DNA of 41,976 nt from Tissierellia bacterium (GTDB lineage Bacteria > Bacillota > Clostridia > Tissierellales > Sedimentibacteraceae). The translations under genes were made by a program, and so were the position numbers. Of the stretch, positions 28,856 through 37,656 are shown in pieces. The stretch spans positions 1 to 41,976 of the forward strand of contig JAAYPY010000005.1 in NCBI GenBank assembly GCA_012519555.1, given 5' to 3'. The notes under the pieces were generated by a model. That model saw nothing but the letters and a program-made list of their open reading frames with translations, did not search any database and had not been told where the DNA came from. Position 1 is the first letter of the stretch; each line of letters starts with the position of its first letter.

Positions 28856-30109
28856 ATGAAAATTCTTGTAGTTGGAAGCGGAGCAAGAGAGCATGCTATT
28901 TGCTGGAAATTAAAACAAAGCAGTAAATTGTCGAAATTATACTGTGCTCCGGGAAATGCAGGCATATCTCAAATTGCAGAATGTATTGAAATAAAAGTTG
29001 ATAAGCTAAAGGAAATAGTGGAATTTTCGGTTGATTCAAAAATTGATCTGGTTGTAGTTGGTCCTGAAATACCATTGGTAGCAGGATTAGTTGACATGCT
29101 CAATGAAAAAGGAATAAAAGCATTTGGTCCGGTAAAATCAGGTGCGAAATTTGAAGGAAGCAAATCCTATTCGAAGGATTTCATGAAGAAACATTCAATT
29201 CCTTCTGCTCGATATGAAGTATATACAGATTCCGAAAAAGCAATAGGAGACCTTGAGAAGTTCAACATTCCCCTTGTTGTGAAAGCTGACGGCTTGGCTG
29301 CAGGAAAAGGTGTTATAATATGTGAAACAAGAAAAGAGGCAGAAGAAGCAATTAAAAGCATAATGGATAAAAAACAATTCGGCGATGCGGGAAATACAGT
29401 GGTTATAGAAGAATTCTTAAGAGGAACCGAGGCTTCACTCCTTTGCTTTGTTGACGGAAAAAATATTATACCCATGGAAAGCGCCAGAGATTACAAAAAA
29501 GCATATGATGGTGACAAAGGGCTTAATACCGGAGGAATGGGATGTTTTTCTCCAAACACTATTTTTAATGTAGAATTGAACCAATATATTAAAAAAAACA
29601 TATTGGATAGAACTTTGAAGGGGTTTTTAGCTGAAGGTATTAACTTTAAAGGTGTCTTATTCATAGGGCTTATAATTAAAAACAATCAAGCTAAGGTTTT
29701 GGAATATAACACTCGATTTGGTGACCCTGAAACAGAGGTAGTTCTGCCAAGACTTAAATCTGATTTAATTGATATAATGCTTAAATGCATTGAAGGTAAT
29801 TTATCTGAAGATGATTTACATTGGGAAGACGATAATTGTGTTACTTTAGTATTAGCTTCAGGAGGGTATCCTGAAAACTATGAAAAAGGCAAAGAAATCA
29901 CAGGATTAAACAAAGTTGATGATGATATAATCATTTTCCACGGGGGGACCAAATTATACGGAAATAAGACAGTTACTGACGGAGGAAGAGTTTTAGCAGT
30001 TACGGCTATGGGAAACACCTTGGAAGAAGCAAGAAATAAAGTATACAAAAATATCCCTAAAATTTATTTTGAAAAAATGCAATACAGAACCGACATCGCT
30101 AAATTCTAA
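28856..30109 (+). CDS. purD: Phosphoribosylamine--glycine ligase
   Basis: GSGAREHA, APGNAG, VGPE, EGSK, KADGLAAGKGV, NTGGMG, RFGDPE, GGRV, YRTDIA. Confidence 0.97.
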   Translation: MKILVVGSGAREHAICWKLKQSSKLSKLYCAPGNAGISQIAECIEIKVDKLKEIVEFSVDSKIDLVVVGPEIPLVAGLVDMLNEKGIKAFGPVKSGAKFEGSKSYSKDFMKKHSIPSARYEVYTDSEKAIGDLEKFNIPLVVKADGLAAGKGVIICETRKEAEEAIKSIMDKKQFGDAGNTVVIEEFLRGTEASLLCFVDGKNIIPMESARDYKKAYDGDKGLNTGGMGCFSPNTIFNVELNQYIKKNILDRTLKGFLAEGINFKGVLFIGLIIKNNQAKVLEYNTRFGDPETEVVLPRLKSDLIDIMLKCIEGNLSEDDLHWEDDNCVTLVLASGGYPENYEKGKEITGLNKVDDDIIIFHGGTKLYGNKTVTDGGRVLAVTAMGNTLEEARNKVYKNIPKIYFEKMQYRTDIAKF

Positions 30110-30111
30110 TA

Positions 30112-30130
30112 TGACAAAGGGACGGGGGTA
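30112..30130. repeat. REP-like unit TGACAAAGGGACGGGGGTA
   Basis: 16 of 19 positions match the reverse complement of 4774-4792 (TGACAAGGGGATGGGGGCA). Confidence 0.5.
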
Positions 30131-30144
30131 CTAACAAAACAATA

Positions 30145-30187
30145 AATGTTGACACGGAAACTATTCCGGCAACATTTTGTTTTTTTT
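30145..30187 (+). terminator. Terminator of the pur operon
   Basis: AAATGTTG..CGGAA-ACTA-TTCCG..CAACATTT followed by a long T tract. Confidence 0.7.
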
Positions 30188-30243
30188 ATCATGAAGATTG
30201 GACAAATGAATATATTATTACAAACGGATTAAAGGGGGAAGTT

Positions 30244-31515
30244 ATGAATATTCATGTTGTTCAAAGAGGTGAAGTATTGTGGCAGATAGCCGATTATTAT
30301 AATGTCAGTATGCAGGATATTATAAACCTTAATAAATTAAATAATCCCAATATTTTGCTGCCCGGTCATGCTCTTCTTATACCAACCGATAGAAATACAT
30401 ACACTGTAAAGCAAGGAGACACAATATGGCAAATAGCACAAAATTTTGGTGTCAGCGTGCAGGATTTGCTATGGGAAAACAGAATTATGAATCCTGATTT
30501 GATATATCCGGGATATGTACTTGCAATACCGCAAAAACCTAAGCCGGAAGCAGATGTAAATGCATTTACGTATTTTCTTGGTGCAGAGGCTGTCCCAATA
30601 GTTAGAGAAGCCGGACCTTATTTAACATATTTAAGTCCTTTTGCATACTTGATAAACGAAGACGGAAGCTTAGTGAATATTGCTGATGAGGCAGCTATAG
30701 CTCAAGCCTATTCTCAAGGGGTTGTGCCTATGATGTCTCTTGTTAATTTTACTGTCAACGTTGCCGGGGAAAACCTTGCAAACATCGTTTTAAATAACCC
30801 TGACATAGTTAATAGATTACAGGAAAACATCATAAATACAATGAAAGAAAAAGGATATCAAGGATTAAACATTGATTTTGAATATGTTCTTCCTGAAGAC
30901 AGAGAAGCTTACAATAGCTTTTTGGAAAGCACTGTAAACAGATTGCATGATGAAGGATTTTTTGTTTCAACATCCTTGGCTCCTAAAATAAGCGCTGAGC
31001 AAGTAGGTCTTTTGTATGAAGCTCATGACTATCCGGCCCATGGAAGTTTGGCTGATTTTGTTGTTCTTATGACTTATGAATGGGGATGGAGGGGAGGACC
31101 TCCAAGGGCGATTTCTCCATTAAACGAAATAAAAAGAGTTCTTGATTATGCAGTAACGGTTATTCCAAGAGATAAAATATTGATGGGTTTTCAAATATAT
31201 GCAAGAGACTGGAGAATTCCATTTCAAGAAGGTGATGAAGCTGCCACAATCAGTGTTCAGGATGCTATAAACTTAGCCTATGAACATATGGCAGAAATTT
31301 ATTATGATTATGTGAGCCAGTCACCATATTTTCATTATACGGATGCAGAAGGAAATGCTCATGAAGTTTGGTTTGAAGATGCAAGAAGTGCTCAGGCAAA
31401 GTTTGATACGGTGAAAGAATACGGCTTAAGAGGAATAAGCTACTGGGGATTAGGATATGATTTCCCTCAGAACTTCCCGCTTCTTGCCGACAATTTTCAA
31501 ATCAGAAAGTACTAA
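30244..31515 (+). CDS. Spore cortex-lytic glycoside hydrolase (YaaH/SleL-like; two LysM domains plus GH18)
   Basis: LysM repeats HVVQRGEVLWQIA and YTVKQGDTIWQIA; GH18 motifs GLNIDFEY, LYEAHDY, MTYEWG, HEVWFEDARS, ISYWGLG. Confidence 0.9.
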   Translation: MNIHVVQRGEVLWQIADYYNVSMQDIINLNKLNNPNILLPGHALLIPTDRNTYTVKQGDTIWQIAQNFGVSVQDLLWENRIMNPDLIYPGYVLAIPQKPKPEADVNAFTYFLGAEAVPIVREAGPYLTYLSPFAYLINEDGSLVNIADEAAIAQAYSQGVVPMMSLVNFTVNVAGENLANIVLNNPDIVNRLQENIINTMKEKGYQGLNIDFEYVLPEDREAYNSFLESTVNRLHDEGFFVSTSLAPKISAEQVGLLYEAHDYPAHGSLADFVVLMTYEWGWRGGPPRAISPLNEIKRVLDYAVTVIPRDKILMGFQIYARDWRIPFQEGDEAATISVQDAINLAYEHMAEIYYDYVSQSPYFHYTDAEGNAHEVWFEDARSAQAKFDTVKEYGLRGISYWGLGYDFPQNFPLLADNFQIRKY

Positions 31516-32824
31516 AAACTGAAGGTCGGAACTTGTGTACTAAAGGAGCCAATAAGGGTACCAAGTATAGATATGCTGCATAGGGTATTGCTTTTGCTCC
31601 AACATCTATTGTTGCAAGGGGTACTGCTATTGCAATGCTCCAAGGGAAAAGCTCTGCGATAAGGATTACGGTATTTTCAATATCAATAGCTAAATGGCTT
31701 TTAGTTAAGCCATTTTCTTTATAAATATCACGCATCAAGTCGTGTGTAAGCAATATTGGCAGTGTTTGGTTGCAGCAAAAAGCACAGGTAACAATGCTTG
31801 TGAAAACAGTTGTTAAGTAAACACCAATTTTTTTGCTCATTTTAATTAAAGCTCCCTGAATATCATTAAGCATGCCTGTTCCTTCAAATAAGCCGGAATA
31901 TGAGGATGCTATCAAAACAACAAATGAAACCGAAAACATAGTAACTAAGCCTCCCCCTGAAATAATTCCGGAAAGTTCTTGGTCACTATTAACATATCCA
32001 AAAATCATATAATTGAAAATTTCTCGGAAGGTCATATTTTGAATAAACCTGCTTACAAAAATTGCTGTCAATAAAGAAAAAAACATAGAGACCTTTACAT
32101 TCTTCTTTAATGCCGCCAATAAGAAAATTATGCAGGCAGGAAGAATTACGGAAATATGCAGATTGAAATAAAGGTTAAATTTATCTATTAAACCATTGTT
32201 TGTTACATTAATCGGATTATCTTTTGATAAAAACAAATAAACTATTAGGGTTGTAAAAAATGGCAAGGCTCCTGTAATAAACATTTTTCTTACATTGTCA
32301 TACAAATTTGTTTCTGTAACATTAGCTACTAAATTTGCACTGGATGATAAGGGAGAACTCCTGTCTCCAAAAAATGCTCCTGAGATAATGGCGCCTGCTG
32401 TTACATAAATGTCAACATTGCCGCTTTTAGCCAAAACTATTAAAACAATACCCATTGTTCCAACAGTGCCAAAGCTTGTACCAAGAGCAAAAGATACGAA
32501 ACAAGTAAGTAAAAATGAAAACAATATAAAATAATCGGGGTTCATTATTTTCGTGCCGTAATAAACAAAGAATGGAATTGTACCACTGGCGCGCCATAGG
32601 GCTGTAATCATTCCTATTAAGGCAAATATCGGCATTAAAGACAATGATTTTTTCATACCCTTTAATAACATTTCAAAAATTTTCTTAAATTTATGTCCTC
32701 TGTAATAAACAACAAAAGAAAAAGCAAACATACCTATGAGCAAAGGAAAAATAGTGGAAATTTGTTTGGAAATGCTGTATATTAGAGAAAAGGCAAAAAC
32801 AATAATAGCAATTAAAAAGTCCAT
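31502..32824 (-). CDS. NhaC-family Na+/H+ antiporter or amino-acid transporter
   Basis: Multi-pass membrane protein with W.ASGTIP, LGTSFGTVGTMG, AGAIISGAFFGDRSSPLS, GGLVTM, PWS. Confidence 0.88.
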   Translation of the reverse strand: MDFLIAIIVFAFSLIYSISKQISTIFPLLIGMFAFSFVVYYRGHKFKKIFEMLLKGMKKSLSLMPIFALIGMITALWRASGTIPFFVYYGTKIMNPDYFILFSFLLTCFVSFALGTSFGTVGTMGIVLIVLAKSGNVDIYVTAGAIISGAFFGDRSSPLSSSANLVANVTETNLYDNVRKMFITGALPFFTTLIVYLFLSKDNPINVTNNGLIDKFNLYFNLHISVILPACIIFLLAALKKNVKVSMFFSLLTAIFVSRFIQNMTFREIFNYMIFGYVNSDQELSGIISGGGLVTMFSVSFVVLIASSYSGLFEGTGMLNDIQGALIKMSKKIGVYLTTVFTSIVTCAFCCNQTLPILLTHDLMRDIYKENGLTKSHLAIDIENTVILIAELFPWSIAIAVPLATIDVGAKAIPYAAYLYLVPLLAPLVHKFRPSVFSTF

Positions 32825-32988
32825 AAGTTCTCCCTTAATTCAAATTAAGTATTATTATATTACCAATTCAAAAAAAAACAAGCACAATCCGTATTATCTG
32901 AGAAAGAAATCAGAAGCTGATACTATGCACAGTGCAGGTTAGTAAGCCAAGGATGATTTTAAATCAATATAATGAAAGAAGGTATGGG

Positions 32989-33543
32989 ATGAAACAATCG
33001 TTATTTATTGTTTATATTACATTGGCTGTTTTAATTGTTACAGCATATTTTGCGGGTGGAAGTGTTCTAATAACAGAAGGACTGATAATTACTGTTAATA
33101 CTGCTTATAAATCTGTAATCATGCTTATAGCATCATTTATTATAATGGGGCAGCTAAATGTATTGCTGAGTGCAGATGTATTGGAAAAATGGCTGCAAAA
33201 ATTCAGCGGCTTAAAAGCAGTATTAGTAAGTGCTATAGCGGGAGGACTTTTTCCCGGAGGCCCTTATATATATTATCCTTTTGTATTGGGCTTCAAGGAT
33301 AAAAAGCTGCCCTTTTATGTTTTTATATCATTCATTTTCGGAAAACAGATTTATGATTTTGCACGCCTGCCCATGGAAATAAGTTTAGTAAGTGGAGATT
33401 TAACACTAATAAGATACTTAATAACTCTGCCGATACCAATTATTGCAGGCTTGTCAGCAAAACATTTTTTTGGTAACAAGGAAACTTTTAACCTTGTCTT
33501 GAAAGAAGGTGGGAAGAATGACTCAAACAACAATCATTCTTAG
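32989..33543 (+). CDS. Predicted permease, half-size (DUF318/ArsP-like)
   Basis: Several TM segments, WL before GLKAVLV, GGLFPGGPYIYYP, RLPMEI. Start placed at ATG 32989. Confidence 0.65.
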   Translation: MKQSLFIVYITLAVLIVTAYFAGGSVLITEGLIITVNTAYKSVIMLIASFIIMGQLNVLLSADVLEKWLQKFSGLKAVLVSAIAGGLFPGGPYIYYPFVLGFKDKKLPFYVFISFIFGKQIYDFARLPMEISLVSGDLTLIRYLITLPIPIIAGLSAKHFFGNKETFNLVLKEGGKNDSNNNHS

Positions 33544-34009
33544 TATAGCAGCACTAATACTTGTATTTCTTAATGCAAAAAAAACCGGGAGACATTACCA
33601 AGGTTTGAAGTCCGGGTTAAAACAGTTAATTAAAACTGCTCCTCTCATAATAGGTGCTTTCTTATTAGCAGGTATTATTGAGGTTCTTATTCCAAGTGAA
33701 TTCGTCAAAAATTGGCTATCCAGGGAAGCAGGGATAAAGGGAGTAGTATTCGGTTCCTTTGGCGGAATGCTGCTAGGTATCGGTCCCTATGCGTTTTTTC
33801 CTGTCGTATCTTCAATATTGGCTACAGGTGCAGGATTAGGAACATTGGTTTCCCTTATTGCAGGTTGGTGTCTTTTAAATCTCAGTCGAATGTCATATGA
33901 GACTGCTTTTTTAGGAGTAAAATTTTTTACTCTTAAGCTCATACTTAGTATTCCACTCAGTCTTATGGCAGGATTTATTGCATATTTTCTGGAGATAACT
34001 ATATTATAA
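33518..34009 (+). CDS. Predicted permease, half-size (DUF318/ArsP-like), paralogue of the upstream gene
   Basis: LIPSEFVKNWLSREAGIKG, GPYAFFP, GAGLG, RMSYE..FLG. Overlaps the upstream gene. Confidence 0.7.
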   Translation: MTQTTIILSIAALILVFLNAKKTGRHYQGLKSGLKQLIKTAPLIIGAFLLAGIIEVLIPSEFVKNWLSREAGIKGVVFGSFGGMLLGIGPYAFFPVVSSILATGAGLGTLVSLIAGWCLLNLSRMSYETAFLGVKFFTLKLILSIPLSLMAGFIAYFLEITIL

Positions 34010-34045
34010 ATTTTCTTGGTAAATAATATTTTCGATAAATATGGA

Positions 34046-34074
34046 TTGATTTATGCGTGGAAATAGTATACAAT
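34046..34074 (+). promoter_or_regulatory. Sigma-A promoter of the methionine gamma-lyase gene
   Basis: TTGATT (34046-34051), 17 bp, TACAAT (34069-34074). Confidence 0.6.
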
Positions 34075-34125
34075 TTATATAGAGAACGTTTGCTTAAGTA
34101 TACATTTCTTTAAAAGGAGGGAATA

Positions 34126-35325
34126 ATGGATAAGGATAAATTAAGCAAAATGAATTTTTCTACAAGAGCAGTACACGCCGGTTATACATCAAACGAATAT
34201 GGAGCTTTAGCAACTCCAATTTATCAAACTTCAACCTTTATATTTGATTCCGCTGAGCAAGGCGGTAGAAGGTTTGCATTGGAGGAAGACGGATATATTT
34301 ATACAAGGCTGGGCAATCCCACATGCACTCAGGTTGAGGAAAAATTAGCCTCACTTGAAAATGCAGAAGCTGCAGTTGCTATGGCTTCAGGTATGGGTGC
34401 TATTACATCCGTAATATGGTCTGCAGTAAGTGCCGGAGACCATATTATTGCTGCCAAGACCTTGTATGGATGTACATTTGCTTTTATGAGCCATGGATTG
34501 ACAAAATTCAATATTCAAGTAGATTTTGTCGATACTGCTGAACCTGAAAATATTAGAAAAGCAATGAAGCCAAATACAAAAATTGTATACTTGGAGAGCC
34601 CGGCAAATCCAAATATGCTCTTGTCCGATATTTCGGCAATTTCAAAAATTGCACATGAAAACCCGGATTGTATGGTTGTTGTTGATAATACCTACTGCAC
34701 ACCTTATATACAAAGACCCCTTGACTTAGGTGCAGACCTTGTAGTTCATTCGGCTACTAAGTATTTAAATGGTCATGGTGATGTAATTGCCGGATTTGCA
34801 GCCGGCAAAAAGGATTTCATAGACAAGGTAAGATTATTCGGAATAAAAGATATGACAGGCTCTGTCTTAAGTCCCTTTGATGCATACTTAATTAACAGAG
34901 GAATGAAAACATTAGAAGTCAGAATGGAAAAACATTGTTCCAATGCCCAAATGGTTGCTGAGTTTCTTGAATCTCATCCTGCAATAGAATGGATAGCTTA
35001 TCCCGGACTAAAAAGTTTTCCGCAATATGAGCTTGCCAAGAAACAAATGTCCTTGCCCGGTGCTATGATTGCATTTGAAGTTAAGGGAGGATTAGAAGCA
35101 GGAAGGCAGCTAATGAACAAGGTAGAACTTTGCTCCTTGGCAGTCAGCTTAGGCGATACTGAAACATTAATCCAGCATCCGGCTTCCATGACTCATTCGC
35201 CTTATACTCCCGAGGAAAGGGCTTTAAGCGGCATATCGGAAGGTCTTGTTAGGCTTTCAGTAGGTTTGGAGCATTCAGATGATATAATTGATGATTTAAA
35301 ACAAGCATTGGATAAAATAGTATAA
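34126..35325 (+). CDS. megL: Methionine gamma-lyase
   Basis: [27 protein letters not shown]-diagnostic LYGCT, DNT, PLP lysine in [27 protein letters not shown]. Confidence 0.93.
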   Translation: MDKDKLSKMNFSTRAVHAGYTSNEYGALATPIYQTSTFIFDSAEQGGRRFALEEDGYIYTRLGNPTCTQVEEKLASLENAEAAVAMASGMGAITSVIWSAVSAGDHIIAAKTLYGCTFAFMSHGLTKFNIQVDFVDTAEPENIRKAMKPNTKIVYLESPANPNMLLSDISAISKIAHENPDCMVVVDNTYCTPYIQRPLDLGADLVVHSATKYLNGHGDVIAGFAAGKKDFIDKVRLFGIKDMTGSVLSPFDAYLINRGMKTLEVRMEKHCSNAQMVAEFLESHPAIEWIAYPGLKSFPQYELAKKQMSLPGAMIAFEVKGGLEAGRQLMNKVELCSLAVSLGDTETLIQHPASMTHSPYTPEERALSGISEGLVRLSVGLEHSDDIIDDLKQALDKIV

Positions 35326-35376
35326 ATAGTAAAAGATAACATACAATATTTCTTGTATAAAAAAAGGAGGAGCTTT

Positions 35377-35565
35377 ATGAGAGCAAAAGTTGACAGAGAT
35401 GCTTGCATCAGCTGTGGGCTGTGTGAATCAATATGCCCTGATGTTTTTGAATTGGACGATGAAAATATTTCTGTAGTAAAGGTTGACCCCATACCTTCAG
35501 AAGCTGAGGCTTGTGCAAAAGAAGCTGAAGATGAGTGCCCAACAGATGCAATTCACGTAGAATAA
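35377..35565 (+). CDS. Single-cluster [4Fe-4S] ferredoxin
   Basis: CISCGLC...CPDVF...C..A.DECPTDAI. ATG 35377 follows AGGAGG. Confidence 0.92.
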   Translation: MRAKVDRDACISCGLCESICPDVFELDDENISVVKVDPIPSEAEACAKEAEDECPTDAIHVE

Positions 35566-35578
35566 AATTTTTTAAAAG

Positions 35579-35614
35579 GGCTGCTTCATTTTAAGTAAGT
35601 GAAGCAGCCTTTTT
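35579..35614 (+). terminator. Intrinsic terminator after megL-ferredoxin
   Basis: GGCTGCTTCA (35579-35588) / TGAAGCAGCC (35600-35609), then TTTTT. Confidence 0.85.
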
Positions 35615-35683
35615 CCTTAGAAAAACTTAATAACCTAAATTATCATTCTCAACTTAGGATTAGGTAATTTTTATAATTAAATG

Positions 35684-35712
35684 TTGAAAAATGAAGGCTT
35701 TTTTGCTATACT
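35684..35712 (+). promoter_or_regulatory. Sigma-A promoter of the sugar kinase gene
   Basis: TTGAAA (35684-35689), 17 bp, TG-C-TATACT (35707-35712). Confidence 0.7.
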
Positions 35713-35731
35713 TTAATCGGGTGGTGAATGT

Positions 35732-36637
35732 ATGAAATATTTAATAGGAATTGATGCAGGAGGAACAAAATCAGAGCTGATAGCCTATGATCTAAATAAT
35801 TCTCCAATATTAAATTTAATAGGAGGGGCAGGCAATCCTGCAGTTAACTTGGATAAAACAGTCAACAACTTAATATCATTAATATATGACTGCGTTAATG
35901 AGTTAGGAAGAGAAAACTGTCAGCTTATAGCTATTGGAATGGCAGGGGTTGAAACAGGCAACTACGCTGAGCTGATTAAGAAATACGTGGAAGGTGCTTT
36001 TGTAATAAATGCAATAGTTATAAATGATGCTGAAATGGCTTGCAAGGCATATTTTGGAGATAGGGACGGAATATTGGTAATTTCGGGGACAGGCTCTTCT
36101 TGTTTTTCTCAAAAAAAAGGCGAAGGCGAAATGGTTGGAGGATGGGGACATATTTTAGGTGATGAAGGAAGCGGTTATCATACCGTTATGCAGGTTTTTA
36201 AAAATATGGTTTATAAATATGACAGAAATCAACCTTTTGATGGATTAAGTAAAGCTATACTTAAAGAAATAGGCGGCTCCACACGCTCCGACATAATGAA
36301 TTTCATATATAACAATGAAAAAAATAAGATTGCATCGCTTTTCCCGATAGTTGTTGATTATGCCAAGCTAGGAGACGCATATGCAAAAATGCTTTTAGAA
36401 AATGCAGGCAGATATCTTGCCGAGTTAACAGAAGTTGCCTACAAAAAGATTGATTTCAAAGGACCTGTAAAAATAGGTCTAAAAGGTGGAATTTTCTACG
36501 GCAGCTCTATCATGCTTACTGCATATAAGGATGAATTGCAAAAAAGACTAAGCTCCTATCATATAATAGAAGAAAATATTTCAACCACCAAGGCCGTATG
36601 CAATATATATAAAACTAAAAAAATTGGTGCTCACTGA
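35732..36637 (+). CDS. BadF/BadG/BcrA/BcrD-family kinase, probable GlcNAc/MurNAc kinase
   Basis: IGIDAGGTK, GMAG, NDA, ISGTGS, GGWGHILGDEGSGY. Confidence 0.85.
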   Translation: MKYLIGIDAGGTKSELIAYDLNNSPILNLIGGAGNPAVNLDKTVNNLISLIYDCVNELGRENCQLIAIGMAGVETGNYAELIKKYVEGAFVINAIVINDAEMACKAYFGDRDGILVISGTGSSCFSQKKGEGEMVGGWGHILGDEGSGYHTVMQVFKNMVYKYDRNQPFDGLSKAILKEIGGSTRSDIMNFIYNNEKNKIASLFPIVVDYAKLGDAYAKMLLENAGRYLAELTEVAYKKIDFKGPVKIGLKGGIFYGSSIMLTAYKDELQKRLSSYHIIEENISTTKAVCNIYKTKKIGAH

Positions 36638-36645
36638 GCACCTTT
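36626..36645. terminator. Hairpin between convergent genes, overlapping the kinase stop codon
   Basis: GGTGCTC-ACT-GAGCACC followed by TTT. Confidence 0.55.
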
Positions 36646-36686
36646 AATAAATTTTATGATGAAATTATACTAAGATATGCAGGTGT

Positions 36687-37490
36687 TTAGTCACCGCCAA
36701 ATAAGTTACCTATTCCAATGTTTCCAAGCAAACTTGCCTCACCCTTTGAGCTGCTGCCGCCGCTTTTTCTGCTTGCAGAGTAAATTCTGTCAGCTATTCT
36801 GCTGAATGGAAGGGATTGCATCCATACTGTTCCCGGACCTCTTAAGGTTGCTAGGAAAAGTCCTTCACCGCCAAACAGTGCACTTTTTATATTACCGGCC
36901 ATTTGAACATCATAATCTACTCCTTGAGTGAAAGCTACCAAACATCCGGTATCTAACTTAAGCATTTCTCCTGAAGCTAAATCCTTTTTAATAATAGTAC
37001 CGCCGGCATGAAGAAATGCAAAACCGTCTCCAACCAATTTCTGCATTATAAATCCTTCGCCGCCGAAAAGTCCCGCACCGATTTTTTTCTGGAATGCAAT
37101 AGTTATTTCAATACCCTTAGCGGAACACAAATAAGCATCCCTTTGGCAAATTAGCTGTCCACCGTAATCAGGCAGACTGACAGGGATTATTTTTCCGGGA
37201 TAAGGTGCAGCAAAGGCTACAACCTTTTTATCAATACTTGTGTTTGTAAATGTCGCCGTGAATAAATTTTCTCCCGTAAGAACTCGTTTACCGGCTGTTG
37301 CCAGCATTCCCTTAAAACCTTTGCTTTTTTCACTGCCGTCTCCGAACATGGTGTCCATTTCAATGCTTGAATCCATGTACATCATTGCACCAGGCTCAGC
37401 TACGATTGTTTCGCCATAATCAAGACCAATTTCAACAAATTGAATGTCATCCCCGTAAATTTTGTAATCTACTTCATGAGCTACTCCCAT
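36687..37490 (-). CDS. TIGR00266 / AIM24 family protein
   Basis: AHEVDYKIYGDDIQFVEI, AEPGAMMYM, FAAPYPGKI, repeated LFGGEG, DTGCLV, LRGPGTVWMQSLPF. ATG 37490 follows GGAGG. Confidence 0.92.
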   Translation of the reverse strand: MGVAHEVDYKIYGDDIQFVEIGLDYGETIVAEPGAMMYMDSSIEMDTMFGDGSEKSKGFKGMLATAGKRVLTGENLFTATFTNTSIDKKVVAFAAPYPGKIIPVSLPDYGGQLICQRDAYLCSAKGIEITIAFQKKIGAGLFGGEGFIMQKLVGDGFAFLHAGGTIIKKDLASGEMLKLDTGCLVAFTQGVDYDVQMAGNIKSALFGGEGLFLATLRGPGTVWMQSLPFSRIADRIYSASRKSGGSSSKGEASLLGNIGIGNLFGGD

Positions 37491-37656
37491 AAATCCTCCT
37501 AATAAAGAATATTTAACCCCTAAATCCAATTATAGGATAGCAAACATTTTCTCAAAATGCAATATAAAAATATCTTGTTTTATAGAGATTATGTTAATAT
37601 AATAGATTATAAGCTTAAAATACAAAATTTTAAAATTTATATTATAGCAGGTTAAA

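Noticed and set aside
32870-32878. A9 tract in the putative nhaC promoter spacer as a phase-variation site
   Set aside because: Runs of this length are common in this AT-rich sequence, and there is no evidence of variation.
32885-32952. Possible SAM-I (S-box) riboswitch before the permease pair and megL (TTATCTGAGA...)
   Set aside because: Only the first few bases resemble the S-box. GCAACC, GGTGC.AA and a terminator are absent.
5635-34094. Identical GAACGTTTGCT upstream of purR (5635-5645) and megL (34084-34094)
   Set aside because: The megL copy lacks the CGAA PurBox core and is a poor cre match. Two copies are compatible with chance.
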